Positions 26,661 to 40,351 of a stretch of DNA of 64,000 nucleotides are shown here, piece by piece. The notes below the pieces were generated by a model. That model did not search any database. It was not told where the DNA came from and was given only the letters and a program-made list of their open reading frames with translations. Position 1 is the stretch's first letter. The number at the start of each line of letters is the position of its first letter. The stretch is taken from assembly GCF_009914755.1 (NCBI RefSeq), contig NC_060927.1. One strand, 5' to 3'. A program made the position numbers and the translations under genes. The DNA is from the human T2T-CHM13v2.0 reference genome, Homo sapiens.

Positions 26661-29600
26661 ATAACAGCTATAGGAAAATATCTTAACTATATTATGGTAC
26701 TATAAGCTTCAGTTATCTGGAAAATTAACAGGTGGAACACTGTTCTGTCACTATAGTAGAAAGCTAGAGCATCATTTCATGTACAAAATATAAGTTAAAT
26801 TTAGTTACCCATCCAAGAGTAGAATAAGAGGTATAAGTTTTAACATTCTAAAGATTTTAATATGACTATCGTATATTTTATGACTGTTACATGTTCGTAT
26901 TTAGAGACACTAGATTCTACCAAAACCAGTAAGAAAAGAGTAATATCTTTTTAGGCTCAGACATTAGTACGGACCTACTATTTTTCCCAGTATTTTTAAG
27001 GCTATCGAATGAAGTTTGATGATTTTTGCTGCTACATCTATATTCATTTTCTATATTTAATCCAAAAAAAGACCTCCTATGGTACATTTTACTAGGGTTT
27101 AATATATTTCTCATTCTAGAATCAGCCCATATTTTAACTGTAAGTAGCACACTGAAAATCAGCAGTAAGAGAATGAAGAAACTGGAGTCAAGACAGGGTC
27201 CAGTAGAGAGAGAGAAAAAAAACCCACTGTTTTGGATTGTTCTTTCACATCCTAAGCAATCATGAATGTTACAGAACTAGAATCTGGACTTCTTTTAGCT
27301 ACATGCTCAAGGTAAAATTGGTTTCATGTATATAAGGGTGCATGCTTCTGGAATTCATGATAACGGCTAGAGAAACATCAAACATTCTGATAAATCAAAG
27401 GGAGAAATTTGAAAATTTTAAGAAGCCTTAAAAATAAAAGTTCAAGAAAATGCTATGCCTTGGCAAAGATATTTCAGACGTTAAGATTTTTTTGTCTATT
27501 GGGATAATTTTTTCCCAGTATGTTAAAGAAAAGCTAAGCCTAGGGTGGTATGATAGGAAATCTACAAATATTAGAATTCAGCAAAATCTTTCTTTTTTCT
27601 CAAATCAAGATAAGCTACTTTAGCAAACTTTAGCTACCATAAACTAAGGATCCTCCTAAACCATACATTTCTTTTAATAATAATTTGATAATTATAAAAG
27701 TTAAATTGTATAATTTCTTAGTTTGAATTAATCAACATATTATTTTGACTCAGAGTAGTAAAGAAAAACATCCCTCTTCTCCATATTTGGAAACATCACC
27801 TGTTATCTGATAGAATAATTATTGTTGTTTTGGTTTCTAGATTAAAAGCAAATGACAGGGAGAATGCAAGAAGGGATTGCTGGGAAGAAGGCCAGAGGAA
27901 ATTGGAGTGAGAAATTCAAAATGTATGCAAGAGTTTGTCTAAGGAGAATCAAAACTACTATGTTTAGAAAAGGTTGAAATTTCATTATTTTGCAAGAGTT
28001 ACATCAACAACTGCAAAAGCTTCAGGAATTCCAGGTAATCAAGTCTTAGAAGCTCACTGAGCCAGCATGCTTCTTCCCATGAGTGCTGCCTCTATAAAGC
28101 AAATTTTTCATTTTCACATTAATAGCATGGTTGAGAAGCTCTTGATAGAGTAGCTTCTGGGGGAATGGAATTTGTCTGAAGAAGAAATAAGCCTGGAAAA
28201 GCTACAGTAGCCATAACTAAAGGCTGAAATTTACTTCCCTACCAGGACTTTTTTTTGAGTGAGGAAGCTCTGTTTTTGAAATCTTGGTGTGTTTTTGCCA
28301 ATTCTAGGATTGCTTAAAACTATTGGGGATCAGAAAGAAAAGGATTTGAAAACATATCTTGTCAGCAGATTTTATTTTTTTAATTAAATAAGATTTTTAA
28401 AGAGACAGAAAAAAAAGATGACTTTTTTCTCTGGATTTCCCTGAGCAGTTGCATTCATGATAAATCTGTAGCCCACATACATTCTGTCTTCTATTACTCT
28501 GCTGGTTACTGACTGAAGCCCAATATAAAGTGATTGCTGCTCGCTCTCTCTCTCCATTTCCACCTCTTAACTCTGTCCCTTGTTTGCTGTTCTCCTACCT
28601 TCATACATTTTCTCCCTGATGTCTTTTCTCATATACTGTTTCAAGTATAGATTTCCCTAGTGGAGTAATATAGCATGGTCTAAAAACAAAACAGAGCAGA
28701 ATTCTATATTGATGTAGATGGCCCAAGTGATGTAGTGAGATTTTTAAAAAGAAAATCCAAAATCCAAAAAGAAAGAAAAGAAAAGTAAGCAAATGGGAAA
28801 TAAAGCAAAGAAGATTTAAAACCAAAATGCAGACTTGCAGCTCATTATACCTCTGACCACTTTACTCCAGAAATATGCAGAGGAAGGTTTATATTCAGAA
28901 GAGTATTTAGTTTTACAAAGCTAATAACATTTCCCTGGAGGATTGGAAGGTTATTAAATTTGATCACATTCCATTTTCTCACCTGATATGTTATACTATG
29001 TTGATCTGTATCAACACATCTATGTATCTGAAGGCATATGTAAAGTATAATATATTGCATTAAATTTTCTGAAGTTTGTGTAAGTTAATACACTATACTA
29101 TTTTGTAGCTTACTTCTTTTTAAGACATTTAAATCAATGTAAACAGTCACAGTTAATAAACAAAAAAATTGTATTGAAATCTGATTTCAGAAAAATGGCA
29201 TTAAATCTCAAAATTAGAATTTTATATTCCTGCCCTGCCCCTTCTTAATCTCTGCTGTGCTCCCTAGTTCCATCACTTTCAAATCTTTTCAATTTTTTTG
29301 TCTGTTTATTGTGTTCATCATGATTTCATAGACATATACCTCGTAAGGTGATTAACACAATCAAGTTAGTTAACACATTCACCACCTCACAGTTATCACC
29401 CTTGTGTATGTGGTAAGAGCACTTAAGATCTACTCTCTCAGCAAATTTCAAGTATATGATACACTATTGTTGACTACAGTCACCATGCTTCAGGTTACAG
29501 GATAATGATTCCCCAGAACTTATTCATCCTATAACCAGAAGTTATAAGTTTGACCAACAGCTCCTCATTTACCCCATCCCTCAGCCCATGGAAACCAGTA

Positions 29601-32027
29601 TCATACTTTGTTTCTATTAGTTTGGCTTTTTAGATTCCATATATAAGTGAGATTATATAGTATTTGTCTTTCTCTGTCTGGCTTGTTTCACTTAATATAA
29701 TGTACTTCAGGTTCATCCATGTTATCACAAAGATTTCCTTCTTCTTTATGGCTGAATGTTATTTTATCTATAATTCAGCCATAATATATATATGTATATG
29801 TGGGGACACACATACATAACACATTTATCTGTTCATTCATCAATGGACAGAGGTTGTATCTATGTCTTAGCTATTGTAAATAATGCTGCAGTGAATATGG
29901 GAGTAAAGATAACTCTTTGAGATACTGATTTTGTTTTCTTTGGATATACACCTAGAAGTGGGATGGTGGCTGGACCATATTGTAGTTCTGTTTTTAATTT
30001 TTTGAGGAAGCTCCATACTGTTTTGCATAACGGGTGTACCAATTTACATGGCCATTTGCATGTCTTCTTTGGAAAAATATCTATTGAGGTTCTTTTTCCA
30101 TGTTTTAATTAGGCTACTACTATTATTATTTTTTGCTATTAAGTTGTAAGACTTTCTTATATATTTTGGATATTAACTCATTATCAGATAAATAGCTTGC
30201 AAATATTTTCTCCCATTTTGTAGCTTGCCTCATTTTTATTGCCTTATTTCCTTTCCTGTGCAGAAGCTTTTATGCCTGTCGTAGTTCCACTTGTTTATTT
30301 TTGCTTTTGTTGCCTGGGCTTTTAGTGTCATCTCCAAAACATCATTGCCAAGGCCAATATCAAGGGACTTTCCGCCTACAGTTTCTTCTAGTAGTTTTCC
30401 CATTTCAGGTCCTATATTTAAGTCTTTAATTCATTTCAAGTTTATTTTTTGGGACTTAGATGTAAGATAGGGGTTCAAGTTCATACTTTTGCAAGAAAAT
30501 ACAGTCTTCTATATGTCATTTATTAAAAAGACTATTCTTTCTGTATTGTGTATTCTTGGCACCTTTGTTGGAGATTAGTTGGCATTATTTCTGGGCTCTC
30601 TATCCTGTTGCATTGGTCTATATGTTTGTTTTTATGCCAGTGCCATACCGCTTTGATTACTATAGCTTTGAAATAAAGTTTGAAACTAGGAAGCATGGTG
30701 CCTCCAGATTGGTTCTTCTATCTTAAGATTGCTTTGGCTATTCAGGGTCTTTTGTGGTTTCACCCAAATCTTAGAATTGTTTTTTCTATTTCTGTAAAAA
30801 TGCCATTGAAATTCTGATAGGAATTGCATTGAATCTATAGATTGCTTTGGGTAGTATGGGCATTTTAATTGTATTAATTCTTTTGATCCATAAACATGGG
30901 ATATCTTTCCATTTACTTGTGACTTCAATTTATTTCATCATCTTATTTCATCATCATTAGTTTTCAGAATACAGATCTTTCATCTCATTTGCTAAATTTG
31001 TTCCTAAATATTTTATTGTTTTTATAATATTTTAAATGACATTTTATCGTATACTTTTTCAAACAGTTCATTGACAATGTACAGAAACAACTGCATTTGC
31101 ATGTTGTTTTTGTATGATAAAACTTTAATGAATTATTTTTAACAGTTTTTTTTTGGTGGAATACTTAAGGTTTCCTAAATATACAATCATGTACCTATAA
31201 ACAGAGACAATTTTATTTCCTTTTTTCTGATTTGGGTGCTTTTTATTTCTTTTTCTTGCCTAATTGCTCTGGTTAGGGTTTCCAGTACTTTGTTGAATAG
31301 AAGTGGTGAGAATGGACATCCTTGTCTTGTTTCTGATCTTAGGGGGAAAGTTTTCAGCTTTTCATCATTGAGTATGATATATCATGGAGAACGTTCACTG
31401 AGTGTTTGAGAAGAAGGTGTTGTCTGCTGCTGTTGGATGGGATGCTCTATATATGCGTTAGGTCCATTTAGTCTGTAGTGTTATTCAAATCCACTGCTTC
31501 CTGATTTAATTTCTGTTATGAGTGAAATATTAAAGTTCCTTACTATTATTTTATTGCTATTTATTTTTCCCTTCAGTTTTGTTAACATTTGCTTTATATA
31601 TTTAGTTGCTCCAATGTTGAGTATGTAAACATTTGTAATTCTTATATCTCCTTGATACATTTGACCTTTTATTATTATGTAATGACTTGCTTTGGTTCTT
31701 GTGACCATATTTGACTTATTTTGTCTGATATAAATATAGCCACCCATTCTGTCTTTTGGTTACCATTTGCATAAAATATCTTTCTATATCCTTCAATTTT
31801 AGCTTATGTTGTCCTTAAAGCCAAAGTGAGTCTCTTGTACACAGTATATAATTGGAGCTTTTTTCTTCAATCTATTCAGTCACTCGATGTCTTTTAGTTA
31901 GTGAATTTAATCCATCTATGTTTAAAGTAATTTTGATAGATAAGGACTTACTATTGCCATTTTCTTGTTTTCTGATGGTTTCGTAGTTCCCCTGTTCCTC
32001 TTCTCTCTTTTGCTGTCTCCACTGAAA

Positions 32028-32316
32028 TTTTTTTGTTTTTTGTTTTTTGAGACAGAGTCTTACCCTGTTGCCAGGCTGGAGTGCAATGGCGCAATCTCAG
32101 CTCACTGCTCCTGGTTCAAGCGATTCCCCTGCCACAGCCTCCCAAGTAGCTGGGACTACAGGAGAGCACCACCAGGCCTGGCTAATTTTTTGTATTTTAG
32201 TAGAGATGGGGTTTCACCATGGTGGCCAGGATGGTCTCAATCTCCTGACCTCATGATCTACCAGCTTCGGCCTCCCAAAGTGCTAAGATTGCAGGCATGA
32301 GCCACCGCGCGTGGAC
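32028..32316 (-). mobile_element. AluSc-like inserted in L1
   Basis: 'ctgttgccaggctgg', 'aggatggtctcaatctcctgacctcatgatc'; TSD ctccactgaaattt/ctccattgaaactt. Confidence 0.95.
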
Positions 32317-33468
32317 CTCCATTGAAACTTGATGTCTTTTTTTGGCGATACACTTTTATCCCTTTCTTTCATTCTTTTTTGTATCTACTTTAGGTTTTTT
32401 GCTTTTGGTCACCATGAGGCTTATATAAAAAAATCTTTTTATAACTGTTTTAGGCTGATAACAACTTTAATTTTAAAAACTCCATATTTACCTCTTACAT
32501 TTAGGTTATTGATGTTACAATTTACATTTTTTTGTATTGTGTATTCATTATCATATTATGATAATTGTAGGTTTCTTAATTCTTTTGTCTTTTAACTTTT
32601 ATACTAGAGTTGAAAGTGTTTATGTACCATTATTACAGTATTAGAGAATTTTGAATTTGACTAGGTATTTAACTTTACCAGTGAATTTTATACATTAATA
32701 CGGTGTTATAATGTAAATTAGCATCCTTTCAGCTTGAAGAACTCACTTTACCATTTCTTGTAAGGCAGATCTAATATTGATGATCTCCCTCAGCTTTTGT
32801 TTGTTTGGGAAAGTATTTTTCCTTGATTTCTGAAGGGCAACTTTGCTGAGTATAGTATTATTGGTTAGCAGTTTTGTTTTATTTCTTTTTTCTTTTTCTG
32901 TTTTGAGTATATCATCCCACTCTCTTCTGACTTACAAGGTTTCTGCTGAAGAATTTATTTATAGTATTATGGAGGCTCTCTAGTATGTGACAAATCTCTT
33001 TTCTCTTGCTGTTTTCAAAATTGTCTTTGTCTAGACTTTGGACAATTTAATTATAATTTATTTTGGTGTAAACCTTTTCAAGTTCATCCTGTTGGAGGTC
33101 TTTAGTTCTCATGAATCTGGATATCTATTTCTTTCTTCCAATTTGGGAAGTTTTTAGTCATCATTATTTTAGTAAGGCTTCTGCCCATTTTTCTTTTTCT
33201 TTTTCTTCTAGAACTCCCATAATGTGTTTATTGTTTCACTTGATGATATTCCGTGAGTCCTGTAGCTTTTCTTAACTACTTTTTATTCTTTTTGCTCCTT
33301 TGACTGAATAATTTAAAAGGAGCTATCTTGAAGTTCATTTATGATTTATTTTGCTTAATGGAGTCTGCTGTTGATGCTTTCTATTTAATATTTTAGTTCA
33401 GTAATTACATTATTCAGCTCTAAGATTCTGTATTTTTTTAATATTGTTTGTATTTCTTTGAACTTCTC

Positions 33469-33779
33469 TCTCTCTCTCTTTTTGACAGTCGTGCTCTGTC
33501 ATCCAGGCTGAAGTACAGTGACATGATTGTAGCTTGTTGCAACGTTAAACTCTTAGGCTCAAGGGATCCTCCTGCATCAGCCTCCTAAGTAGCTGGGACT
33601 ATAAACAGATGCCACCATGACCACCTAATTTTTAGGGTTTTTTTTTTTTCTTTTCTTTTTTGTAGAGACAGGATCTCCCTTTGTTTCCCAGGGTGGTCTA
33701 AAACTCATCGGCTCAAGTGATCCTTTTGCCTTGGCCTCCCAAAGTGCTGGAATTTCAGGCATGAGCCACCATGCCCGGT
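33469..33779 (-). mobile_element. AluJ inserted in L1
   Basis: 'ggctcaagggatcctcc', 'ggctcaagtgatcct'; TSD ttgaacttctc/ttggacttctc. Confidence 0.93.
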
Positions 33780-35227
33780 TGGACTTCTCATTTTGGTCAT
33801 ATATTGTTTTCCTAATATCACTTAATGATCTGTTTTCTTATAGTTCACTGAATTTCTTTAAGATGACTATTCTGAATTCCCTGTCAGTTAGTTCATGTGT
33901 CTCTATTTCTTTAGGGTAAATTATTGTAGCTTTATTAGTTTTCTTTGTCATGTTTATTTGTCATGTGATGTCATGTTTCTCTGATCCTTCATGATCCTTG
34001 TATCCTTGAAATCATGTCTATGCATTGGGAAAACGGTCACCTTCTTCAGCCTTTACACGCTTGCCTCTGTAGTAAAAGAACTTCACCAGTCAACCCATCC
34101 TGGGGTTCTGAACAAGCCAATTGGTATCATCCTTAGGCAGGTTTCTTTGCCTCTGTCTTTGGTTGGACAAGAATACTACTCATGCTCTGCAGTTGGGTAG
34201 GGCCACTGGGTAGGCTCCATGGTTGGGTGGGTCTACTGGCTGGAGTTTCTGGTGGCCCAGGGCTTCTGGCTGTGTCTGTAGTTAGATTGGGCCTCAGACT
34301 GGGCTCTGCACTTGGGCAGGGTCTTTGGCTGAGCTTCCTTCCCAGAAAAGCCCTCAGACTATGCCTGAAAATTGGGCAGTGTTGCTGGCTATGCTCCCTG
34401 ACTGGCTGGGAATTCCAATTCAGTAGAACTGCTCTCTGTGGTCTCTGGTCATACAAGGCTACCAGTTAAGCTCTGTGAATGGATAGATCCACTGCCTAGG
34501 CACTCCAGCTAGACAAAGTCAGTGACAGGGATGTGGTGCCACCACCAAGTTGCATGTACTGGTCACCGTGAACTCTACTCCCTTCTTTGTCCTTAGCTGA
34601 TCCTAGGTGATCTAGTCCTGCTAATACCCTCAGAGTTCTCCAGAAATTGCTTCTATGACCTTTGTAATTCAGCTTTTGTTAGTTCTTTTGTTGTTCTTGT
34701 TGTTGTTGTTTTGTTTTCTCAGGGGGTGCTTCAGCCTCACCTCTGGTTTCTGGGATTTTCTCAAAGGTGTTTTTGTTTGTGGATAGTTGTTAATTGGCAT
34801 TTCTGTGAGTGAGAATAGAGCCAGGGACCTCCTGTTCCATCATGTTATTGATGTTACTATTGATTTATATGGTTTAGACCTTATCTGTTTACTTCTTATT
34901 GTGGCAGATAAGAATTTGGCTCTCATATAGCTTCTTCTGTTTCCCTTCCATTATTCTAATATCATCATATCTCAATCTGAATATACTACGTTTTCAAAGG
35001 CATCATTTGCATATGCAAAGGCAACACATAAAGAGGAAAACATGGAATCAAGAAATCAAGGTCTGGCATAGGAGTGAAGAGAGTAAAATTTCCAGATTCA
35101 TAGTCGCATAGTAGGCTAGGACAGTTAGAGGTTACATTGGAACATTAAGAAGCTGTTCTGGGGTTGGGGAAGGTGCATCAGTTTGAGAGAAAAATGTAAT
35201 GGAAAACTAATCTGATATATTTGATCA

Positions 35228-35653
<426 letters not shown>

Positions 35654-35865
35654 TCAAGAATGGAAGCTTAGTATGTTCCTTGACTCCGCAATGAATAGTA
35701 TTATTTAGGAACTATAAGAACCAAATATAAGTTTAACTTCAAATTGGAATTCAGAGGCACTTAAATTATTAAATTTATTTTATTATATTTTATTGTGGTA
35801 AGCACACTTAATAAGAGACCTGCCCTTTTAGGGGGAATTTACATAAAAAATATATGTGTGTGTAC

Positions 35866-36892
35866 TGTCAACTGAAGAATGATAAGTTTCATAAATCTGG
35901 AAAGGAGAGCTTTATTTCTCATAAAGGGCTATAGCCTGCAGAGTGGCTATTATGATAGGCTGGGAAGTATAGCCTACAGCCAGAAGACAGAAACATACAC
36001 TTTGAGAGTTGGAAGAATATGACAGGGATTTATGCTAAAAAGGATGGCCAGATATACATATTCTGTAAGTTATAGGAGGAGTCAAGAATATTTATAAGAG
36101 AATAAACATGTGCATGTGCAATTGAGCTTCATTCCCCTCCAGGGGACCCATGTTAAAAAAATGGTGGTACTAGGCCCGGTGTGGTGGCTCATGCCTGTAA
36201 TCCTAACACTTTAGGAGGGCGAGGTGGATGGATCACTTGAGCCCACGAGTTTAAAACCAGCCTAGCCAGCATGGTGAAACACCACCTCTAATAAAAATAC
36301 AAAAGTTGACCAGGTGTGGTGGTGCACACCTATATTCCCAGCTACTTGGGAGGCTGAGGCACAAAAATGGCTTGAACCTAGGAGGCAGAGATTACAGTGA
36401 GCTGTGATGGTACCACTGCACTCCAGAGTCAGACTCTGTCTCCAAAAAAAAAAAAAAAAAAAAGGAAAATGATGTTAGCATAATCTGAGGGTGGAGCTTT
36501 CTGCTCTCTGACATCAAAAGGTGAAGCAGAGGACACAAAAACACCTAAGGCACATTCTCCATTGACTGGTCAGAACCACCCTGTGGTTGGTGATCTCTTT
36601 TCAGGAAGAAATGCTGGTCAGTTTCTTTGTCAAAATGACATAAGGGAGGGGCAGTGTCAGGCAGTTGGTTGATATCAATGGTGGAGTCTTTCAAAAGGGC
36701 TGGTTTCTGTTTAGCCCTTAGGGGGAAAGCCTAATGATGGTTAGTGACGGAGGGGATATAATGAGTCATGGCCAACCTCCCACCATGTCATGGCTGGGAA
36801 TTCAGCTTCCAAGATTTCTCTGGAGTCCCCTTGACCAATCAGGGGTCCCTTCAGTTGATGGGCGGTGCTTACAATTTTATTTTTATTTCTAA
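35866..36892 (-). mobile_element. ERV1 MER4-group solo LTR (MER4D/E or LTR8-like) interrupted by an Alu
   Basis: Starts 'tgtcaactgaagaatg...gctttatttctcataaaggg', ends 'ggggtcccttcagttg...cttacaattttatttttattt'; 4-bp TSD gtac/gcac. Confidence 0.85.
36173..36463 (+). mobile_element. AluJ-like inside LTR
   Basis: 'gatcacttgagcccacgagttt'; poly(A) tail. Confidence 0.94.
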
Positions 36893-37014
36893 GCACATTT
36901 GTATACATTTATACATAAATGCAAATATCACGTAAAATAGTAGTGAAGGGGCTAACAGTAATTGAATGTTTACTATTTTTGCACTAAATACTCTTACAAA
37001 CACTGTTGCATTTA

Positions 37015-37235
37015 GGGAAGCTTCTCAGTGTACTTGATGAAATATGGGCTTTGAAGTTAACAGCCATGGTTCTGCGTCCCAGCACTGTCAACTATGAGCT
37101 GTGTGATCTTGAAAAAATTACTCAACCCCTCAAATTAAATCCTCCCCAGTTTCCTTACTTTTACAGTGACGATTACAATACTTATCTTGCAACGGGCTGT
37201 TGAAGATATTACATGAGATAATATGGGCAAAGTGA
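37015..37235 (+). mobile_element. MIR
   Basis: 'gggctttgaagttaac...gagctgtgtgatcttg...cagtttcctt...gggctgttgaagatattacatgagataat'. Confidence 0.8.
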
Positions 37236-37274
37236 TTACTACATACTACTCCTTCCACTAACATTAATACTATA

Positions 37275-37797
37275 CAGAAGGAGTTCAGAACATACCACCT
37301 CAAAATACGGTGCTCTGGTGTCTTGATTGTTTTTGAGTTAAAAAACTGAAAACCAACAACAGATGCAGGAAAGGGCGCTGTGACCTAACTTAAAGCAGGA
37401 GATGAGATTCCCATGTGGAAGATGGTCTCCCTGCAACTGGAGGCAGAAAGGCGAAAGGCCTTCTTCTTACCAGAGATGACAAATTGAAGCCAAGAGAAGT
37501 CTGTACAAGCAAACCCTGTTAAACAAACCCTTATGTTTCTAGTCACTTCTACACGATTAACTATCCTAGTCCAACTCCCCTTGCATTGTCATGTTTTCAC
37601 AATTTTGTACTCTTTGTTCAACTCAGTATACAAGTGTTCAATTCTAAGTGGTCCTCCATCTCTTTAAGAGGGCTCTTGTGTCATGGAAAATGTATAGTAA
37701 ATAAATATACATGTTTTTTCTCCTGTTAATCTGTCTTATGTTAGTTTAATCCTCAGTCCCAGGTAAGAGAGTATAGGTAGAATTTTGCTTCCTCTAG
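37275..37797 (+). mobile_element. MER34-type ERV1 solo LTR
   Basis: 'gttcagaacataccacctcaaaatac', 'cagatgcaggaaag', 'gagggctcttgtgtcatg', 'tctcctgttaatctgtcttatgttagtttaat'. Confidence 0.85.
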
Positions 37798-39087
37798 AAT
37801 ACTACTGTCATTCTATTGCTATTGTTACTATAATACCTACTACTAGTAGTATATTTTATAAGCAAAGAAACTAATGGCTTGGACAGGTTAACACATTTAA
37901 TGAAGATCGTATTTCTGCTAAGTGGAGGAACAGAGATTTAAAAATGGATCTGAGTGACTCTAAAACCTTCCCAGTATATCATACACTCCCTATGAGAAGC
38001 AAACAAAGTCACCCATAACATTTTAGACCTTTTGATTTGTAACATTATATCAACCATCCACTGACCTCAGTAAGTTGTCTCAAAATGGGCAGGCTTACAC
38101 TGTGTTTAAGAAACCAATCACAGTAAGATTTGGACCACAAGGTTAGAAAATTTCTTGTTGAAACCTTTACCAGAACATTTGTCTCTGCTTTTCCAGTGAC
38201 CAAGTGTAGGACCAATTAACAATAAAAAAAATTTTTTTATTATGTCCTAGATATAATATTTTGGGTCTTACTTAAATCTTCTGTTTGAGCAGGCCTCCTG
38301 TGACACCATGCTGGTGTGCAAAGCGGGGCACCACACCACCTCATTACTGCCAGGTGGGGAAGGAAGTCCAGATCCTTTTCTGTTGCACTCTTGGAGGTAG
38401 TGACTTTTTACTACTGGATGGGGATAAGTACAGCCTGCTCAGTAGTCTATGCTGACACCACTGAGGCTGATAAGGGGAGGATCTCCTTGTTATGAATCCC
38501 CACGTAGCCTGCACTGAGACTAAGGTGGTGGGAGAGACTTGTTACTGCTGGGAAGTGGTGAAAGTCTAGGCTTTGCACTCAGCTTCCTCTGATACCGCTT
38601 TAGGGAGAGGAGGAGGAGGCCCCTCACTATCTCAGATTGGAGGTGGGAGTCCATATTCCTGTATGCTCTCCGTTGACAACATGAAGTGAAGAGGATGTTT
38701 AACATCCAGGCAGAGATGTAGGTCCCAGCTCTGACACCAGCCTGACCAGGGTGGGTGCTCCATTGCAGCTGACTGAGGATCTAAGTTTCAGCTTTTCATT
38801 TGGCCTTTGCTGATCTGAGTGGGAGTGGGACTGTGGTTTTTTTTCATAGGGGTTGGCTGGAGTCAGTTAATGTCTAAACGTTTTATCTTGTTATGCTTCC
38901 CTTATCTAGTGCATTGTCTGGAGAAGACAGGCTTTTGTTGGGTTTTGTTGTATGTTTTTAAGTACGCATCCATTGATATTTCTGGATGCTTTCTTTTCTA
39001 GCATCCAGCCTGAGATATATGAGGCTAAAAGGAAATATGATGAGCTCCCTGCCATGTCATTCCTCAGGTCCTGAGATCCCCAACTGA

Positions 39088-39426
<339 letters not shown>

Positions 39427-39432
39427 TAATAC

Positions 39433-39878
39433 TGTGAACTCTGAAAATTTGAGACAGGTCTCAGTTAATTTAGAAAGTTTATTTTGCCAAGGTTGAGGAC
39501 ACACACCCATGACACAGCCTCAGGAAGTCCTGATGACATGTGCACATGCTGTTTGGGACACAGCTTGCTTTTACATGTTCGGGAGACATGAGACATCGAT
39601 CAATATATGTAAGACATGCATTGGTTCTATCCAGAAAGGCGGCGACAACTTGAAGCAGGGAGGGGCCTTCTAGGTCACAGGTAGGTGAGAGACAAATGGT
39701 CACACTCTTTTGAGTTTCTGATAAACCTTTCCAAAGGAGGCAATCAGACTATGCCTCTATCTCAGTGAGCAGAGGGATGGCTTTGAAAAGAATGGGAGGC
39801 AGGTTTGCCTTGAGCAGTTCTCAGCTTGACTTTTCCCTTCGGCATAGCAATTTTGGGCCCTAAGATTTACCTTTTACA
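39433..39878 (-). mobile_element. MER4A1-type ERV1 solo LTR
   Basis: 'gaaagtttattttgccaaggttgaggac', 'gggaggcaggtttgcc...cagcttgacttttccctt'; TG...CA ends; exact 4-bp TSD atac/atac. Confidence 0.93.
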
Positions 39879-40164
39879 ATACATAATGTTCAGGGTTTAG
39901 TATTTCTTAATAAGACCAACATAGAGATGTGCATCTACTGTATCTCATTTGGAACTGGAAGTCCTGAACTGACTTTCAAGTGTTCTGTTTTTCACTGAAC
40001 CCAATAAAGAAATTGAGATATTTTATTCAAAGAATTGTGTAAAAACATGAACACAGAATTTGTTCATGGACGTGTATTGCTACTTCTGAACCTCACACAG
40101 AACGCATCATTTCTAGATGATCTTGTATTGTGGGGTTGGACAATACAATAGTTATATGGATGGT

Positions 40165-40351
40165 AGTTTGAGCTATGGGGTGGCCCCTGGATCAGCAGCA
40201 TTAACATCAACAGGAAATGTGCTAGAAATGCAAAGATCCACCCCCAACTAAAACCTACTGATTAAAGAACTCTGGGGGCTGGAAACCAGCAATCTGTTCT
40301 TAAACAAGCCCTCAGATAATTTAGATGTGGGCTAAAGTTTGAGAACCACTG
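40165..40351. mobile_element. MER5A (hAT-Charlie MITE)
   Basis: 'cagcagcattaacatca...tagaaatgcaaa...ccagcaatctg...aacaagccctc...aaagtttgagaaccactg'. Confidence 0.85.

Larger units (their letters stand above)
29290..34858 (-). mobile_element. Old L1 (L1MA9-like 3' end), 5' UTR to 3' UTR, with internal deletions and two Alu insertions
   Basis: 3' UTR 'cacttaagatctactctctcagcaaatttcaag'; ORF2 C-terminal peptides (29860-30042, 30686-30928); endonuclease peptide 'HYIIIKGQMYQGDIRITNVYILN...IIVRNFN' (31481-31747); ORF1 region ~32.7-34.1 kb; 5' terminus-like 'ccatcatgttattgatgttact'. Confidence 0.9.
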
